NCBI GenBank assembly: GCA_963803145.1
Contig: CAWDLW010000025.1
Coordinates: forward strand, 100,655 to 164,654
DNA: 64,000 nt
DNA from: Methanotrichaceae archaeon
GTDB taxonomy: Archaea; Halobacteriota; Methanosarcinia; Methanotrichales; Methanotrichaceae
Reading direction: 5' to 3'
Within the stretch, counting starts at the first letter, position 1. Each line of letters starts with the position of its first letter. Positions 9,402 through 20,454 of this stretch are shown here, piece by piece. A program made the position numbers and the translations under genes. The notes below the pieces were generated by a model, which was not told the DNA's origin, ran no database searches, and saw nothing but the letters and a program-made list of their open reading frames with translations.

Positions 9402-10096
9402 AACCACAATCCCTTTATCGTAGCGCGGAAAATGAGAACCGAAAGATTATCCTGAGTATGATCGAGGAGAACTCCGGAGCTAAAATTATTGATTTGGGCT
9501 GTGGGGACGGAAGCTTCGCAATAAAGATAGCGGAAAAAGCTATGGCAAAAGATATTTATGGAGTTGAATTTCTCAATGAAGCTGCCAGAGCGGCTAGAGA
9601 TAGAGGCATTCGGGCTTACAATGCAGATCTGAATGAAAGTCTCCCGTTCGAAAGTGGATCCTTCGATATTGTTCACGCAAACCAGATCATAGAACACCTA
9701 GTCAATACAGACACTTTCATTAAAGAAATTTACAGGATATTAAAGTTTGGCGGATATGTTGTGGTTTCTACCCCCAATCTGGCCAGCCTTCATAATATCT
9801 TTTCTCTTGTTTTAGGAAAGCAGCCCTTTCCAGCTCATGTAAGCAACGAGATCATTCTTGGGAATATCTTCAATCCAAATCATGGAATGAGGTACGGGAG
9901 TAAGGGCGAGGTTCATCTGAGAATTTTCACCCATGAATCTCTCAAGGAGTTATTCGAGTATTATGGTTTCAAAGTTGAAATGATAGTTGGGGTGGGATTT
10001 TATCCATTTCCCCGGACAATTGCCTCTATTCTATCCAGGATTGATGGAACTCATTCTGTGTACCTTACCATGAAAGCAAGAAAGGTAGAATCGTAG
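9398..10096 (+). CDS. Class I SAM-dependent methyltransferase
   Basis: IIDLGCGDG, LPFESGSFD, IIEHL, STPN motifs. Confidence 0.9.
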   Translation: MKPQSLYRSAENENRKIILSMIEENSGAKIIDLGCGDGSFAIKIAEKAMAKDIYGVEFLNEAARAARDRGIRAYNADLNESLPFESGSFDIVHANQIIEHLVNTDTFIKEIYRILKFGGYVVVSTPNLASLHNIFSLVLGKQPFPAHVSNEIILGNIFNPNHGMRYGSKGEVHLRIFTHESLKELFEYYGFKVEMIVGVGFYPFPRTIASILSRIDGTHSVYLTMKARKVES

Positions 10097-10274
10097 GAAA
10101 TAATGATTTTGATAGTAATTCTCCGACTTTGTGTTTATTTAGACAAGCATGTACAGAACCATTTCAAGAACTACGCTAAGCATATGCTGGCAAATCCAGA
10201 AATACTACGTTTGGGCCTGTAAGTATGTTTTAGGTAGCTTAAAATAGGGCGAGAACAGGCCTAAACTGGCCATC

Positions 10275-11405
10275 ATGAAGATATTGCAGACTCCAGTGAG
10301 GTTCTATCCTTACATAGGCGGGGTTGAGAATTATGTCTATAACCTGAGCAAGGCGCTGGTGGAGCTGGGCCACGATGTGACTGTCATCTGTGCCGACGAG
10401 CCCGATGGCTCTACAAGCGAGCAAATACACGGCATCAAGGTCAAACGGCTGTCCTATTTTGGGAAAATTGCCAATACGAATATAACCCCTGGACTTCCAC
10501 TTGCCATTCTGAAAGAGGACTTCGACATCATTCATACCCAGTTACCCACGCCATGGAGTGCTGATTGGAGCGCTCTTTTGGCAAAGGCCAAGGGAAAGCC
10601 TTTGGTTTTAACGTATCAAAATGACATTGTGGGAAGAGGGTCTGCAGGTATTATCGCTGGGCTTTACAACTTCACAGGATTACCGCTTCTGCTGAGGACT
10701 GCGTCTCGAATAATAATTACACAGCCAAATTATATGAATTCGTCAGCTTATTTAAAAAGATATAAAAATAAACTTAACGTAGTGCCTGTTGGCGTGGATA
10801 CTGATATATTCATGCCTAGTGTCATAGATGAGAAAAGAGCCAAAGGCGAAAAAGTACTTTTCTTTCTTGGATTATTAGATAGATTTCACAGATATAAGGG
10901 TCTCGATATCCTTCTCCAGGCTATGGTGATAGTGACAAGGCAGATGCCTGATGTCAAGCTGCTTGTCGGCGGAAATGGGGATCTTTTAGGCCATTATAGG
11001 GATGTTGCCGCTAGTCTGGGCCTTTCAAAAAACATAGAGTTTCTGGGGTTTGTGCCCGATGACATGTTGACGGAATATTATAACCGATGTGACGCCTTTG
11101 TCCTGCCTTCTGTATCTTCGGAGCAGGAGGGCTTCGGCATTGTTCTTTTGGAGGCAATGGCCTGTGAGAAGCCTGTGATAAGCACTGAGATCGTTGGTGT
11201 AGCAGATGATGTATTGAAGCTTAATACAGGGAGGATTGTTAAGCCGGGCGATATAAACGCACTGGCCAATGCCCTCCTTGAGATATTGGATGATGATGCT
11301 CTAGCGGAGGATATGGGACGCCGAGGGAGACGGCTTGTGGAGGAGAAGTATACCTGGAAGAAGGTAGGAAGGGATGTGCTGAGGATTTACGAGGAGCTTA
11401 TATGA
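10275..11405 (+). CDS. GT4 glycosyltransferase
   Basis: GGVE, YKGLDILL, EGFGIVLLEAMAC motifs. Confidence 0.92.
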   Translation: MKILQTPVRFYPYIGGVENYVYNLSKALVELGHDVTVICADEPDGSTSEQIHGIKVKRLSYFGKIANTNITPGLPLAILKEDFDIIHTQLPTPWSADWSALLAKAKGKPLVLTYQNDIVGRGSAGIIAGLYNFTGLPLLLRTASRIIITQPNYMNSSAYLKRYKNKLNVVPVGVDTDIFMPSVIDEKRAKGEKVLFFLGLLDRFHRYKGLDILLQAMVIVTRQMPDVKLLVGGNGDLLGHYRDVAASLGLSKNIEFLGFVPDDMLTEYYNRCDAFVLPSVSSEQEGFGIVLLEAMACEKPVISTEIVGVADDVLKLNTGRIVKPGDINALANALLEILDDDALAEDMGRRGRRLVEEKYTWKKVGRDVLRIYEELI

Positions 11406-12205
11406 GCCCGCCCTTAGTCAGCGTCGTAATGAGTGTATACAATGAAGAGAATTATTTAAAGGAGACTATAGACAGCATATTGAATCAGACCTTCTCGGAC
11501 TTCGAGTTTATTATCGTCAATGATGGATCTACTGATGGAACAGTCAGACTTTTAAATAAATATAAAGAAGTTGATAAAAGAATAAAGACGATCTCTAACC
11601 AGGAAAATATAGGCATAGCTGGATCAACGAACCGCGGCATAAAATATGCCGCTGGCAAGTACATCGCCATTATAGATGCAGGAGATCTTGCCCACCCCCA
11701 GAGGTTGGAGAGGCAGGCGAATTTCCTGGAGTCTCACGATGATGTGTTTATCCTTGGGACGCAAGGGATATGGATCGCTGAGGATGGCCGAAGGATCGGA
11801 GATTGGAGGATGCCCTTGAAAGTTGACAGCAAGGCACTTTATGGAATGGGTGGGGCGATTCATCCTTCGATCATGGCTAGAAGAGCCCTTTTTGATATTA
11901 TTGGATTTTACGATGAGGGACTTGTTATGTCGCAGGAGTTCGATCTTTATATGCGGTGTCTTGAGAGCGATCTAGGCATGGCCAACCTTGATGATGAGCT
12001 TGTCTCCATAAGGGAAAGAGAAAAGGGGATGACTCTAAGTCATTTGAAGACTATACAGAGGAACCAGCTAAATCTCAAAATAAAGTATTTGCCACGATTT
12101 ATTGGCGTTTGGAATATCTTCTATACCTTCAGAAGTTTTATCGGTTATATTCTACCCTCTTTTGCGCTTTCGAGAATAATCAGGTCCAATCGAAGATCTA
12201 GGTGA
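11402..12205 (+). CDS. GT2 glycosyltransferase
   Basis: VSVVMSVYN, NDGSTDGT, RLERQ motifs. Confidence 0.9.
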   Translation: MSPPLVSVVMSVYNEENYLKETIDSILNQTFSDFEFIIVNDGSTDGTVRLLNKYKEVDKRIKTISNQENIGIAGSTNRGIKYAAGKYIAIIDAGDLAHPQRLERQANFLESHDDVFILGTQGIWIAEDGRRIGDWRMPLKVDSKALYGMGGAIHPSIMARRALFDIIGFYDEGLVMSQEFDLYMRCLESDLGMANLDDELVSIREREKGMTLSHLKTIQRNQLNLKIKYLPRFIGVWNIFYTFRSFIGYILPSFALSRIIRSNRRSR

Positions 12206-13160
12206 GGCTCTGTTTAAGTTTAGAGGCAGCAGGCAGAACTCTCGATATTGCGATTTCCTTGGCAATGCTATTAAAGAAGTATGCCGAACAGAAAATTATT
12301 TTCAAAGAATCTAAGTTGCTTAGGGGGTTTGCTTTTATATAGCACGGGAAGAGCTGGATTGTAAAGTTAACCACTTGCCATATCTTTCGAGGCATGCCGA
12401 AAACGGGCGAATTAGCGATATCTATAGGAGTAATGACTTCATCTGATGGAGCATAACCCAGCAGCTTAGAGACCATCTTTTGTCTTATGCGAATTACAGC
12501 TCTATTTCTTGGCAGAGAGTTTAATGAACTGGCACATCCGTCCCAGATCCTATATTCCACCAGGGCTTCGCCTAAAACTGATATTTGAGTTACTTCGGCA
12601 GCTCGAACCCAGAGATCGTAGTCCTCTGCAGGCAGAGCTTCTTGATAATAAAAGCCCAGGTTTCTGATGATATCCATCCTCATCATGACTGTGGGATGGC
12701 TAATGCAGTTCTCAAAGTAGAGATACCATTTAATAATCCTTGGATCGGTAAATGAGCGAGCGACCTTTCTTAGCCTGCCTGCAGCGTCGATGTACATTAT
12801 CCAGGTGCCCAGTATGCCGATATCGGGGTGTCCCTCGAGATAATGGACCTGCTTCTCTAATCGTTGTGGCAGGCTCCGGTCATCGGCGTCCATGCGAGCG
12901 ATATATTTTCCTCTGGCCAAGCGGCAGCCCTGGTTGAGGGCTGGAACCAGACCGCTTCCCTCCTGGTAAACTACCCTTATGCGGGGGTCCTTGAGGCGAT
13001 AGAATTCCAGGATGGCATCTGTGCGGTCTGTCGATTTATCGGCTACTATTATCAGCTCAAGATCATGAAATGTCTGACCAAGGATGCTCTCAATAGCCTC
13101 CCCAAGATAGCGCTCGCAGTTGTATACAGGCATGACCACGCTGACAAGGGGAGATGACAG
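12198..13160 (-). CDS. GT2 glycosyltransferase (possible CTG start at 13160)
   Basis: VMPVYN, ARMDADD, AEDYDLW motifs; the frame extends upstream of 13139 as LSSPLVSV. Confidence 0.85.
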   Translation of the reverse strand: MSSPLVSVVMPVYNCERYLGEAIESILGQTFHDLELIIVADKSTDRTDAILEFYRLKDPRIRVVYQEGSGLVPALNQGCRLARGKYIARMDADDRSLPQRLEKQVHYLEGHPDIGILGTWIMYIDAAGRLRKVARSFTDPRIIKWYLYFENCISHPTVMMRMDIIRNLGFYYQEALPAEDYDLWVRAAEVTQISVLGEALVEYRIWDGCASSLNSLPRNRAVIRIRQKMVSKLLGYAPSDEVITPIDIANSPVFGMPRKIWQVVNFTIQLFPCYIKANPLSNLDSLKIIFCSAYFFNSIAKEIAISRVLPAASKLKQSLT

Positions 13161-14306
13161 CTATAGCACCTCCGAGGTTCTTCCGGGAGCCACATCTCCC
13201 TTCAAAATGGCATCGACAGGTTCTGATGGGAGTCCTATGTGCCGGAATATCAGATCAAAACGGTGGACATAAGTGTGCTCGTGCAGGGTTCGTTCGTACC
13301 CAGTCCTGGCTATGACTGCACGTTTCTCCTCATGCTCCAGGTAGTATCGAACCTTCCCCACAAGATCCTCCTTATCCTCAAAACATACCACATCTCTTCC
13401 AGGCTCATAATATTCCTCCAGATTTTCTGCACTGCCTGTTAGAGTGAATCCGCCACAACCGGGCACCTCAAAGTTTCTGCCTTTGATCTGATCTGCAAGT
13501 TGTATACGATCCGCCTCGGTGGTTTTATTCAAGGCGGATAGGCATCGTTTGCCTACGCTCTTGATTCCTGAACCAAAGGGCATGGTGTTCAGAGATTTTG
13601 AAATCAGGCCGCAGGCGGAGTTCACGGTGGGTGATGAGGCATAGATAGAGGCGTTGGAAAGGTTTAGATTGATCCGGCTCTGGTTGAATACTCTGATCAT
13701 ATCCTCTTGTGAGATCCTGCCCGACTCCCAGCCCGAACCCCATGCTTTGGCATCTATTCCTGCATCTATAAGGGCGTCGATGAATTCTCTTCTGTTCCCA
13801 TGAGGCTGGCCAACGAATGTGACATCATATTTCAATGGCAGATCCAGCTTGCGATAGAGAAATGTATTGCATGCCCACTGGCTTTTGATGACATTTTTAT
13901 AGCCTCGTGCAGCATACTTTGGCAGGGCGCTCTTTGCTGTTGTGATAACCCAGTTAAAACACGGCGCCCAATCGCAAGAGAAGTTATCGAAACGCCAATG
14001 GTCATCGCAAAACCAATTTATGGTAGTAGTATCTGTGCTCTTGGATATTTCCTTGATCACAGCCTTATCAAGCTCATCTTTGAAGAGGACGGTGAACATA
14101 ATATCCGGCTTCTCTGTCAGTACAACATCAAGCAGCCTGCGGTTCATCTCCTTCTTGCCGTGCTCCTGCATAATGGTCATGAAGTCGAAGTAAATGATGT
14201 CGTGGCCCATATGCAGTAGAGAATGATAGAAGTTATAGTGCTCAAAGCTGTAGCCACGGTCGGACTGGCCATAATCATATTTCAAAGCAGCATATAGAAT
14301 TCTCAA
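13161..14306 (-). CDS. CgeB-like glycosyltransferase (Glyco_trans_1_2)
   Basis: WFCDD, DVTFVG, SRINLN, KGRNFEVPGCG, EHTYVHR motifs. Confidence 0.85.
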   Translation of the reverse strand: MRILYAALKYDYGQSDRGYSFEHYNFYHSLLHMGHDIIYFDFMTIMQEHGKKEMNRRLLDVVLTEKPDIMFTVLFKDELDKAVIKEISKSTDTTTINWFCDDHWRFDNFSCDWAPCFNWVITTAKSALPKYAARGYKNVIKSQWACNTFLYRKLDLPLKYDVTFVGQPHGNRREFIDALIDAGIDAKAWGSGWESGRISQEDMIRVFNQSRINLNLSNASIYASSPTVNSACGLISKSLNTMPFGSGIKSVGKRCLSALNKTTEADRIQLADQIKGRNFEVPGCGGFTLTGSAENLEEYYEPGRDVVCFEDKEDLVGKVRYYLEHEEKRAVIARTGYERTLHEHTYVHRFDLIFRHIGLPSEPVDAILKGDVAPGRTSEVL

Positions 14307-14374
14307 TGTGCGCTCCTTCTCTTTGCTGTTATGCTTATTTCTCTATCAGGGTTTTAGGATGATTCCAAGACATA

Positions 14375-15364
14375 TTATTGAAAAACACCCTTTGCATATT
14401 CAAAGATATGACGTACCTTTAAGAATGGATTGATAAAGGCAGATTCCGGCTTGAGTACAACTGTCTCAATAGAAGTTGAAATCGGTTCCATTTCATTGCA
14501 TATGTGTGCAAGCATAGGAAATAGGTTATACCGATCAAGCACTAAACGCTTAGCATCTATTATATCTTCTATCGATCTTTCATAGGTTTTATTTTTAATA
14601 AGTTCTTCGATAACAGATATTGCTTGATCTGGATTATCGATAGAGATCGAAGTAAACGATCCTTCTGGGAAATAGTTAGATAAATTTGTGCATCCATAAT
14701 AAATTGGGTAAGCGTGGGCGAGGAAGGCATCAGAGATTTTTTCAGTCCAATAATCCGCAATACTACAGTTCTCCAAGGCAATATGGTACTTGTAGGGATA
14801 AATCGCGTCCCATTTATCCGGTATGGGATTAAACCCCCTTCCAAAAATATCAATACTAGACCCGAAGTGCGATTTTAACCTATCTACGAATTGAAGACGC
14901 AGCCTGTGGCCAGGCGTTTTTGATTTGGATGAACATATAACGGATAAAAGCTTGGTTTTATGAACTTCTTTGAGATTTTGGAAGTAATCGTAATCTAATT
15001 TAGCGATATTTTCTCCTTTCGGCATTCGAATGACACCTGCATGCCATGGTTGTGATTGTTGGCTACGAATAACATGGGGATGGTTTATATTAGTTTGACA
15101 GGTAATAACAGTGCTGAATTGTGCCAGAAAGCCAGGAGAATATCTTTTTACGGTCGGAGGCTCACCGGTTATAAGGATGATATTTTGCGGAGGACAGCGA
15201 GTGCTTTCTTCTGTTTTCAGACCCTCATAAACTATCCAATAATCGCACTCGGGAACTTCATCATTAACAAAGAACTTGCAATCTCCCCAAATACCATTTG
15301 AGCCTGGAGTTTGCCGTATTACAGGCCAAGATGTGAATGGATCGGATAATTTTATGCGAGTCAT
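14375..15364 (-). CDS. GT10 alpha-1,3/4-fucosyltransferase-like protein
   Basis: YKYHIALEN..DYWTEKI.DA......PIYYG motif. Confidence 0.85.
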   Translation of the reverse strand: MTRIKLSDPFTSWPVIRQTPGSNGIWGDCKFFVNDEVPECDYWIVYEGLKTEESTRCPPQNIILITGEPPTVKRYSPGFLAQFSTVITCQTNINHPHVIRSQQSQPWHAGVIRMPKGENIAKLDYDYFQNLKEVHKTKLLSVICSSKSKTPGHRLRLQFVDRLKSHFGSSIDIFGRGFNPIPDKWDAIYPYKYHIALENCSIADYWTEKISDAFLAHAYPIYYGCTNLSNYFPEGSFTSISIDNPDQAISVIEELIKNKTYERSIEDIIDAKRLVLDRYNLFPMLAHICNEMEPISTSIETVVLKPESAFINPFLKVRHIFEYAKGVFQ

Positions 15365-15452
15365 TTAAATTCCAGTTTATTAAAGTGAGTTAAGACTGTA
15401 ACGCTTACAAGTATATAATTATTTGGAGAGTTATTACATTTTGAAAATAGCT

Positions 15453-16322
15453 TTAAAATACAATTTTAATATTCCGTAGTACTCGGGAACCGAGTTCGTA
15501 TAATATACATTTGATGTTTAAAATATGATAAAGCCTATATTTGTCGGCAGTATGATTAGGATCTGTGAATTCCTTTGCTATCTGGCCGCCGGACTCACTG
15601 CTCCCATTATAAAAAGATCCTGTCCACTTATCCAAATAGCTCTTCCAATCTTCTCTTTCTCTTTCAGCATTAGACCTTCGTAAAAATGGATCTGCGTGAG
15701 AATAGTGCTCAACGTAAGAATCAGGGGAATCTACAATACGATATCCCTTTTCCCATATTTTTAGACAAAGGTCGCCGTCTGCATAATAAAAGTGGTATGT
15801 TTCTTCATCTATGAAACCAATATCTTCCAGAGCCTTTTTTAAATACATTCCATGATTAACGAACATCTTATTACCTAATGTCAATCCTACCCAATATTTC
15901 CCTTTCTCTGGCCAATGACGCCAATAGAATGCTAAAGCGCCGACTTTTTGACCTGCATTGATTTTTTCTTCAAATAAATTATATCCGTTTATTATAGATC
16001 CAGGTACGATAAGGCAGTCATCGCTTAACATACATATGTATTTGCCATGAGCGCATTTGAACCCAAGGTTCATAAAATATCCCCATGGCTTGCGATCTAA
16101 TTTCTCACCTTTCCATCTTCCACGATTATGCTGGATGATAGTAATGATATCTTTCTGTTTCATTAACCATTTCAAGGCTCCATCAGTCGATCCACCATCC
16201 ACGATGATCATCTCGTGGGGGATTGATTTCAGCTCATCTCGAACGCTTTCGATGGTAAGCTTTAGAAGTTTAGAACGGTTATAGCTGCCAATTACGACGG
16301 AGATTATTGGTTTAGTTTCCAT
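15453..16322 (-). CDS. GT2 glycosyltransferase
   Basis: ISVVIGSYNR, VDGGSTDG, LSDD, ADGDLC motifs. Confidence 0.88.
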   Translation of the reverse strand: METKPIISVVIGSYNRSKLLKLTIESVRDELKSIPHEMIIVDGGSTDGALKWLMKQKDIITIIQHNRGRWKGEKLDRKPWGYFMNLGFKCAHGKYICMLSDDCLIVPGSIINGYNLFEEKINAGQKVGALAFYWRHWPEKGKYWVGLTLGNKMFVNHGMYLKKALEDIGFIDEETYHFYYADGDLCLKIWEKGYRIVDSPDSYVEHYSHADPFLRRSNAEREREDWKSYLDKWTGSFYNGSSESGGQIAKEFTDPNHTADKYRLYHILNIKCILYELGSRVLRNIKIVF

Positions 16323-16417
16323 CCTTCCTCATTAGATAGGCTTACTCTGCTATTGGATTATTTATACGTGCTATCTTGCCATATATAGAAACCTGATTTG
16401 GATAAGAACAAATAGGT

Positions 16418-17197
16418 TTATGCTTTCTTTCTAAACCAGAAGCATCCGCATCCATACGTACAGGAATCGGCGAGCGCTCTCGGGGCGTTTCGTATAAGGC
16501 CGCCGATTTTAGGATCATCTGGGATTAAAGCAAATTCAATCAAATCCGTGTCTGAAAAATAACTTAGAATTTGATCATATGAGTATATTCTATGGGCATT
16601 GAACATTATCTTCGGCATTTTCCCCAGAGGAACTACGAAAAGCAAATTACCTTCCCGAGATAGTACTCTTTTTAACTCAGATATAGCTCTTAAATCACCA
16701 TCTGGATTTAAGGGGTCCCCGTATCTTCCCAAACCCACATGTTCCACTACATGCATACAGGATAAAGAATTAATGCTTTCATTATCAAAGGGTAATTTAA
16801 GAAGATCTGCAGAGCCTGTATATAGATTATCTAGGGATAAATCCGTACGGCGGTAATCATAGAACTTGATTGGAATAAACGCGGAAACAATAGCGCAGAA
16901 ATACAGTGTAGAAGAGATATCTACATGAAATGCAGGTTTAGTCTGGGATAAGATTCTGGCAGCCCATGCTGCATGATAGACATAATGTCTATCAAATTCG
17001 GTCATTGATGTTTTTTCTGTAAGGCATGGATACCAATCACTTTGTCGAAGCTGAAATCGTTGCTTAGTGTTAATGGACAACGATTTAAATTGGTAATAGT
17101 CTTTTATAAAAGGGCAATAGGCGATATTCTTGCGTAGCCGCAGATATAGCGATGCTAATACAGTATCCTTGAAGGCAGATTTAATATTATCGCACAT
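16418..17197 (-). CDS. DUF268-like methyltransferase-fold protein
   Basis: FDRHYVYH, SCMHVVEHVGLGRYGDPL, FNAHRIY motifs. Confidence 0.8.
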   Translation of the reverse strand: MCDNIKSAFKDTVLASLYLRLRKNIAYCPFIKDYYQFKSLSINTKQRFQLRQSDWYPCLTEKTSMTEFDRHYVYHAAWAARILSQTKPAFHVDISSTLYFCAIVSAFIPIKFYDYRRTDLSLDNLYTGSADLLKLPFDNESINSLSCMHVVEHVGLGRYGDPLNPDGDLRAISELKRVLSREGNLLFVVPLGKMPKIMFNAHRIYSYDQILSYFSDTDLIEFALIPDDPKIGGLIRNAPRALADSCTYGCGCFWFRKKA

Positions 17198-17342
17198 TTT
17201 AATATTATTATAATATTTACTACGAAGGTTTTTCGGTCATCATGAGGGATATGAAATCATGTATCGATTGGGATTATCATTCGCATTCGCACTCCTTTAT
17301 ACAACCACATGTATGTTTAATACATCGACATTTACATCTACT

Positions 17343-18656
17343 TTAGCACCATTTTTTAATGATATCCTTGTACCAACATAAATAATCATTGACCTGCTTG
17401 TCCAAGTTAAATTTATTATTAACCACCTTTGAGCCATTGTATCCCATTTTATCGGTCAAACAGTCATCTTGCAAAAGTTCCAAAATCTTATGGCTCATTT
17501 CCGTTGAATCCCCTTGCGGTACAAGAAAACCTGTATGGAAATCATCTACTTGTTCAGGTATGCCACCAACAGATGTTGCTACGACGGGTGTTCCACACGA
17601 TAAAGCTTCAAGTATAGTATTAGGAAATGTATCTGCTCGTGCAGCATGAATATATATATCCGCAGATTGATAATAACGTGCGACAATTAAAGGGTCTTTT
17701 TGATAATCAATAAATTGAACTCTTGCTGATCCTATCTTTTCTGGTACGCTATTCTCACCCAAAGCAATGAATAAAATATCTTTTTTATATGACGACTTTG
17801 CAACCAGTGAAATAGCCTTTCTCAGTGTTTCGTAATCCTTCCATATATTTTCTTTTAATCCTGCAGCAGCAAAGAGAAGTATTTTGGTTCTTTGAGGTAG
17901 ACCAAGTATCTCTCTTGCAAGCGTTTTCTCGGAATGGTTGAAGATCTTTCGATCTACTCCATTAGGTATCACCTTTGATTCCACGATAGCAGAAGTTAGC
18001 ATAGAGCTTTTTACTTTGCTCATTAACCAACTGCATGGGGTAGTTATATAGAGCCTGCTTCGAGCATAGATATTGCGTTTAAACATCCAATTATGCGCGG
18101 TAGAATCATGCCTGATCGAGGGGTTAATTTTAAGATCTGGACATTTTCCACAACCGCACATCCATCGTTCACATGAAAAAAAGTGCGCGCAATGACCAGT
18201 CAGCATCCAGGCATCATGGAGCGTAATCAATACCGGAACCTTATGGCTAATATGTGGTAATATGCGAAGATCGAAATATCCTCCATGAAGGTTATGACAA
18301 TGAAGGATATCAAGATCTTCTAGCCTTGAACTGAGAAAAGTGTTGCTACCAGGAAAATCAAAATCCTCTCGCCCAATTAATATCTTCGAACATCGATAAG
18401 GTTGACCGATCCATTTTAAACTTGGAAAATTTGATGAATAACCTAGATTTAACCAAATACGTGCCCAAGTGCTACGAAGATTATCGTTTGGTATTTGTAA
18501 TACATCTTTATCATCGCTTGTCTTATTTCCAACTGCAAGATAAGACTTATAGCCTTTTTGACGATACGATTGAAATAAGCTATAGGCTACCTTCCCAGCG
18601 CCCCCTACGGTATCTAGAGCATTTACCTGTAGGACGCTTAGGCTGTGGTTATCCAT
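17343..18656 (-). CDS. GT4 glycosyltransferase (WcaC-like)
   Basis: GGAG, HNLHG, TLHDAW..TGHC, DTFPNTILEA motifs; start moved to ATG 18656, overlapping the upstream stop. Confidence 0.88.
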   Translation of the reverse strand: MDNHSLSVLQVNALDTVGGAGKVAYSLFQSYRQKGYKSYLAVGNKTSDDKDVLQIPNDNLRSTWARIWLNLGYSSNFPSLKWIGQPYRCSKILIGREDFDFPGSNTFLSSRLEDLDILHCHNLHGGYFDLRILPHISHKVPVLITLHDAWMLTGHCAHFFSCERWMCGCGKCPDLKINPSIRHDSTAHNWMFKRNIYARSRLYITTPCSWLMSKVKSSMLTSAIVESKVIPNGVDRKIFNHSEKTLAREILGLPQRTKILLFAAAGLKENIWKDYETLRKAISLVAKSSYKKDILFIALGENSVPEKIGSARVQFIDYQKDPLIVARYYQSADIYIHAARADTFPNTILEALSCGTPVVATSVGGIPEQVDDFHTGFLVPQGDSTEMSHKILELLQDDCLTDKMGYNGSKVVNNKFNLDKQVNDYLCWYKDIIKKWC

Positions 18657-19722
18657 AAAACCAGTATCGTAACCTATGGGCAAATTCATCACCGTTCCAA
18701 TCTCGAACCAAAAAACGAGGGAGATAATACAGATCGGATTGTTGGGTAACAGGGGCAGCAAAATTAGCGCATCCTCTAGAATAACCAGCATCCATAATTA
18801 ACTGAACTATATTTCCTCTGGCATCGCTTTCGATCCCATATGGATAGGAAAAACTCTTCACTTTATTTCCAATTAGTTTTTCAAGGTATTTTTTACTCTC
18901 GAAGATTTCCTTTCTCTGGGCTTCTTTAGGCATCTTTAAAAGCATTGGATGAGTGACACTATGAGACCCTATCTCTATCAAACCACTGGAATTTAATTTC
19001 TTTATTTCTTCATTTGCTAGTGCTCTATAATCCTTACGCCCATATCGTGAAGCTCCAGACCATTCAATCAGTGTTTCTATCACTTCTTGTTGTTGTTCTT
19101 CCATTAAAGGGAGAAGCAAATGATGGAGATCGAGATATGTTTTTTGTCGAAGATTGGGTTTTGAGTGCATAGTGACATTCCACGAAGGCCTGAAATCTTG
19201 TATTTTATAACCATCACTTAGGTCTGTTTTTGATTCCAAATGCCTATTTCCGTCATTAAGCTTCCAGTGATAGCTTTTGCCATCAATAACGAGATTAAGG
19301 TCTTTTGGGAGATTCTCCTGTAGAAGCAAGATTCTTTCTAACTCATCCCACCAAAATTCTCTATTACTGCCCACATAACCAGTTGTAACAAATACAGTTG
19401 CACGTATACAATATTTCTCAAGAAGTGGTTTAGCATTCCACAAATTATCTACATAGCCATCATCGAAAGTAATTGCAACAGAGTGCTGTGATATGCTCCC
19501 TGAAATGATATCTTGGCCTAATTTAGCTAAGCTTAATGGCTCGTAGTACTGCTGAAGGATATTTAGATGTTCTTCAAAATGCCGAGGTGTTACGCTAAGT
19601 AATTGCGGATCATTCCTTAAATTTGCTACCCTATGATAGGCCAAAATAATCGTATGACTTGGTTTTTTCCCTTGTATCTTATTCATAAAATAATTTAATT
19701 TCTTAAGCGTGGGTAAATGCAT
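18649..19722 (-). CDS. Polysaccharide deacetylase (CE4)
   Basis: LAYHRV, ITFDDGY, GSHSVTH, FSYPYG motifs. Confidence 0.9.
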   Translation of the reverse strand: MHLPTLKKLNYFMNKIQGKKPSHTIILAYHRVANLRNDPQLLSVTPRHFEEHLNILQQYYEPLSLAKLGQDIISGSISQHSVAITFDDGYVDNLWNAKPLLEKYCIRATVFVTTGYVGSNREFWWDELERILLLQENLPKDLNLVIDGKSYHWKLNDGNRHLESKTDLSDGYKIQDFRPSWNVTMHSKPNLRQKTYLDLHHLLLPLMEEQQQEVIETLIEWSGASRYGRKDYRALANEEIKKLNSSGLIEIGSHSVTHPMLLKMPKEAQRKEIFESKKYLEKLIGNKVKSFSYPYGIESDARGNIVQLIMDAGYSRGCANFAAPVTQQSDLYYLPRFLVRDWNGDEFAHRLRYWFYG

Positions 19723-19725
19723 AGG

Positions 19726-20454
19726 TTATCCGCTCTTAGGTTTTATAGCACGGATAGTAATTAATACTTCATAATTAGGATCGTTATATTCTAATTCTTC
19801 TCTGAGAAGTTCTTCGGTAGCCAATCCATGTAGGGACGAGATAGCAACAAGCACATTTCCGTATGATCGGACCTCGATATTTTTAGAAGGAAAATATGCC
19901 TCAAAAAGCCGTTTTGTAGATAATGTAGTAAACCTCCAGTAATCTCCCCATCTATCCATATCATAACGACTGATTTGGCAAATACCAGGGACCGTAGCTA
20001 ATAATACCCCACCAGGTTTTAGCGCAAAATAACTATTCTTTATCGCAGAACTAACGTCATAAATGCAAAGCAATGTTTGAGTAAGTATCATGCAATCAAA
20101 TACATCCTTTGGGATGCCCTCCCCCGTCGCTAGATTGCCGATAATAGTAGCTTCTTCATTGCTATAATCGGCATGGAGTATATCGATATGATCTATTTGT
20201 TTACCTCCAAATTTTCGTGAGTAATAATCATCGGCAATTTCCAATACATTTCCTCTGATATCATCTGAATGCTCTGCTAAAAATTTTTCGATATAATATC
20301 TTCCAATAGGCGTTCCACGATCATAACCAAAAGCTGTACTAATAGGTTCTAATCTACGCAAACTTCCAAAACGAATAGTTTGCGAGCGATGGATATAATT
20401 GCCCAACAATTTCTTTAGATGATTTGATTTTGATAGAAAATTACATCGGTCCAT
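19726..20454 (-). CDS. Glycan-associated SAM methyltransferase
   Basis: FGYDRGTPIGRYYIE, LKPGGVLL, DYWRFT motifs. Confidence 0.8.
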   Translation of the reverse strand: MDRCNFLSKSNHLKKLLGNYIHRSQTIRFGSLRRLEPISTAFGYDRGTPIGRYYIEKFLAEHSDDIRGNVLEIADDYYSRKFGGKQIDHIDILHADYSNEEATIIGNLATGEGIPKDVFDCMILTQTLLCIYDVSSAIKNSYFALKPGGVLLATVPGICQISRYDMDRWGDYWRFTTLSTKRLFEAYFPSKNIEVRSYGNVLVAISSLHGLATEELLREELEYNDPNYEVLITIRAIKPKSG

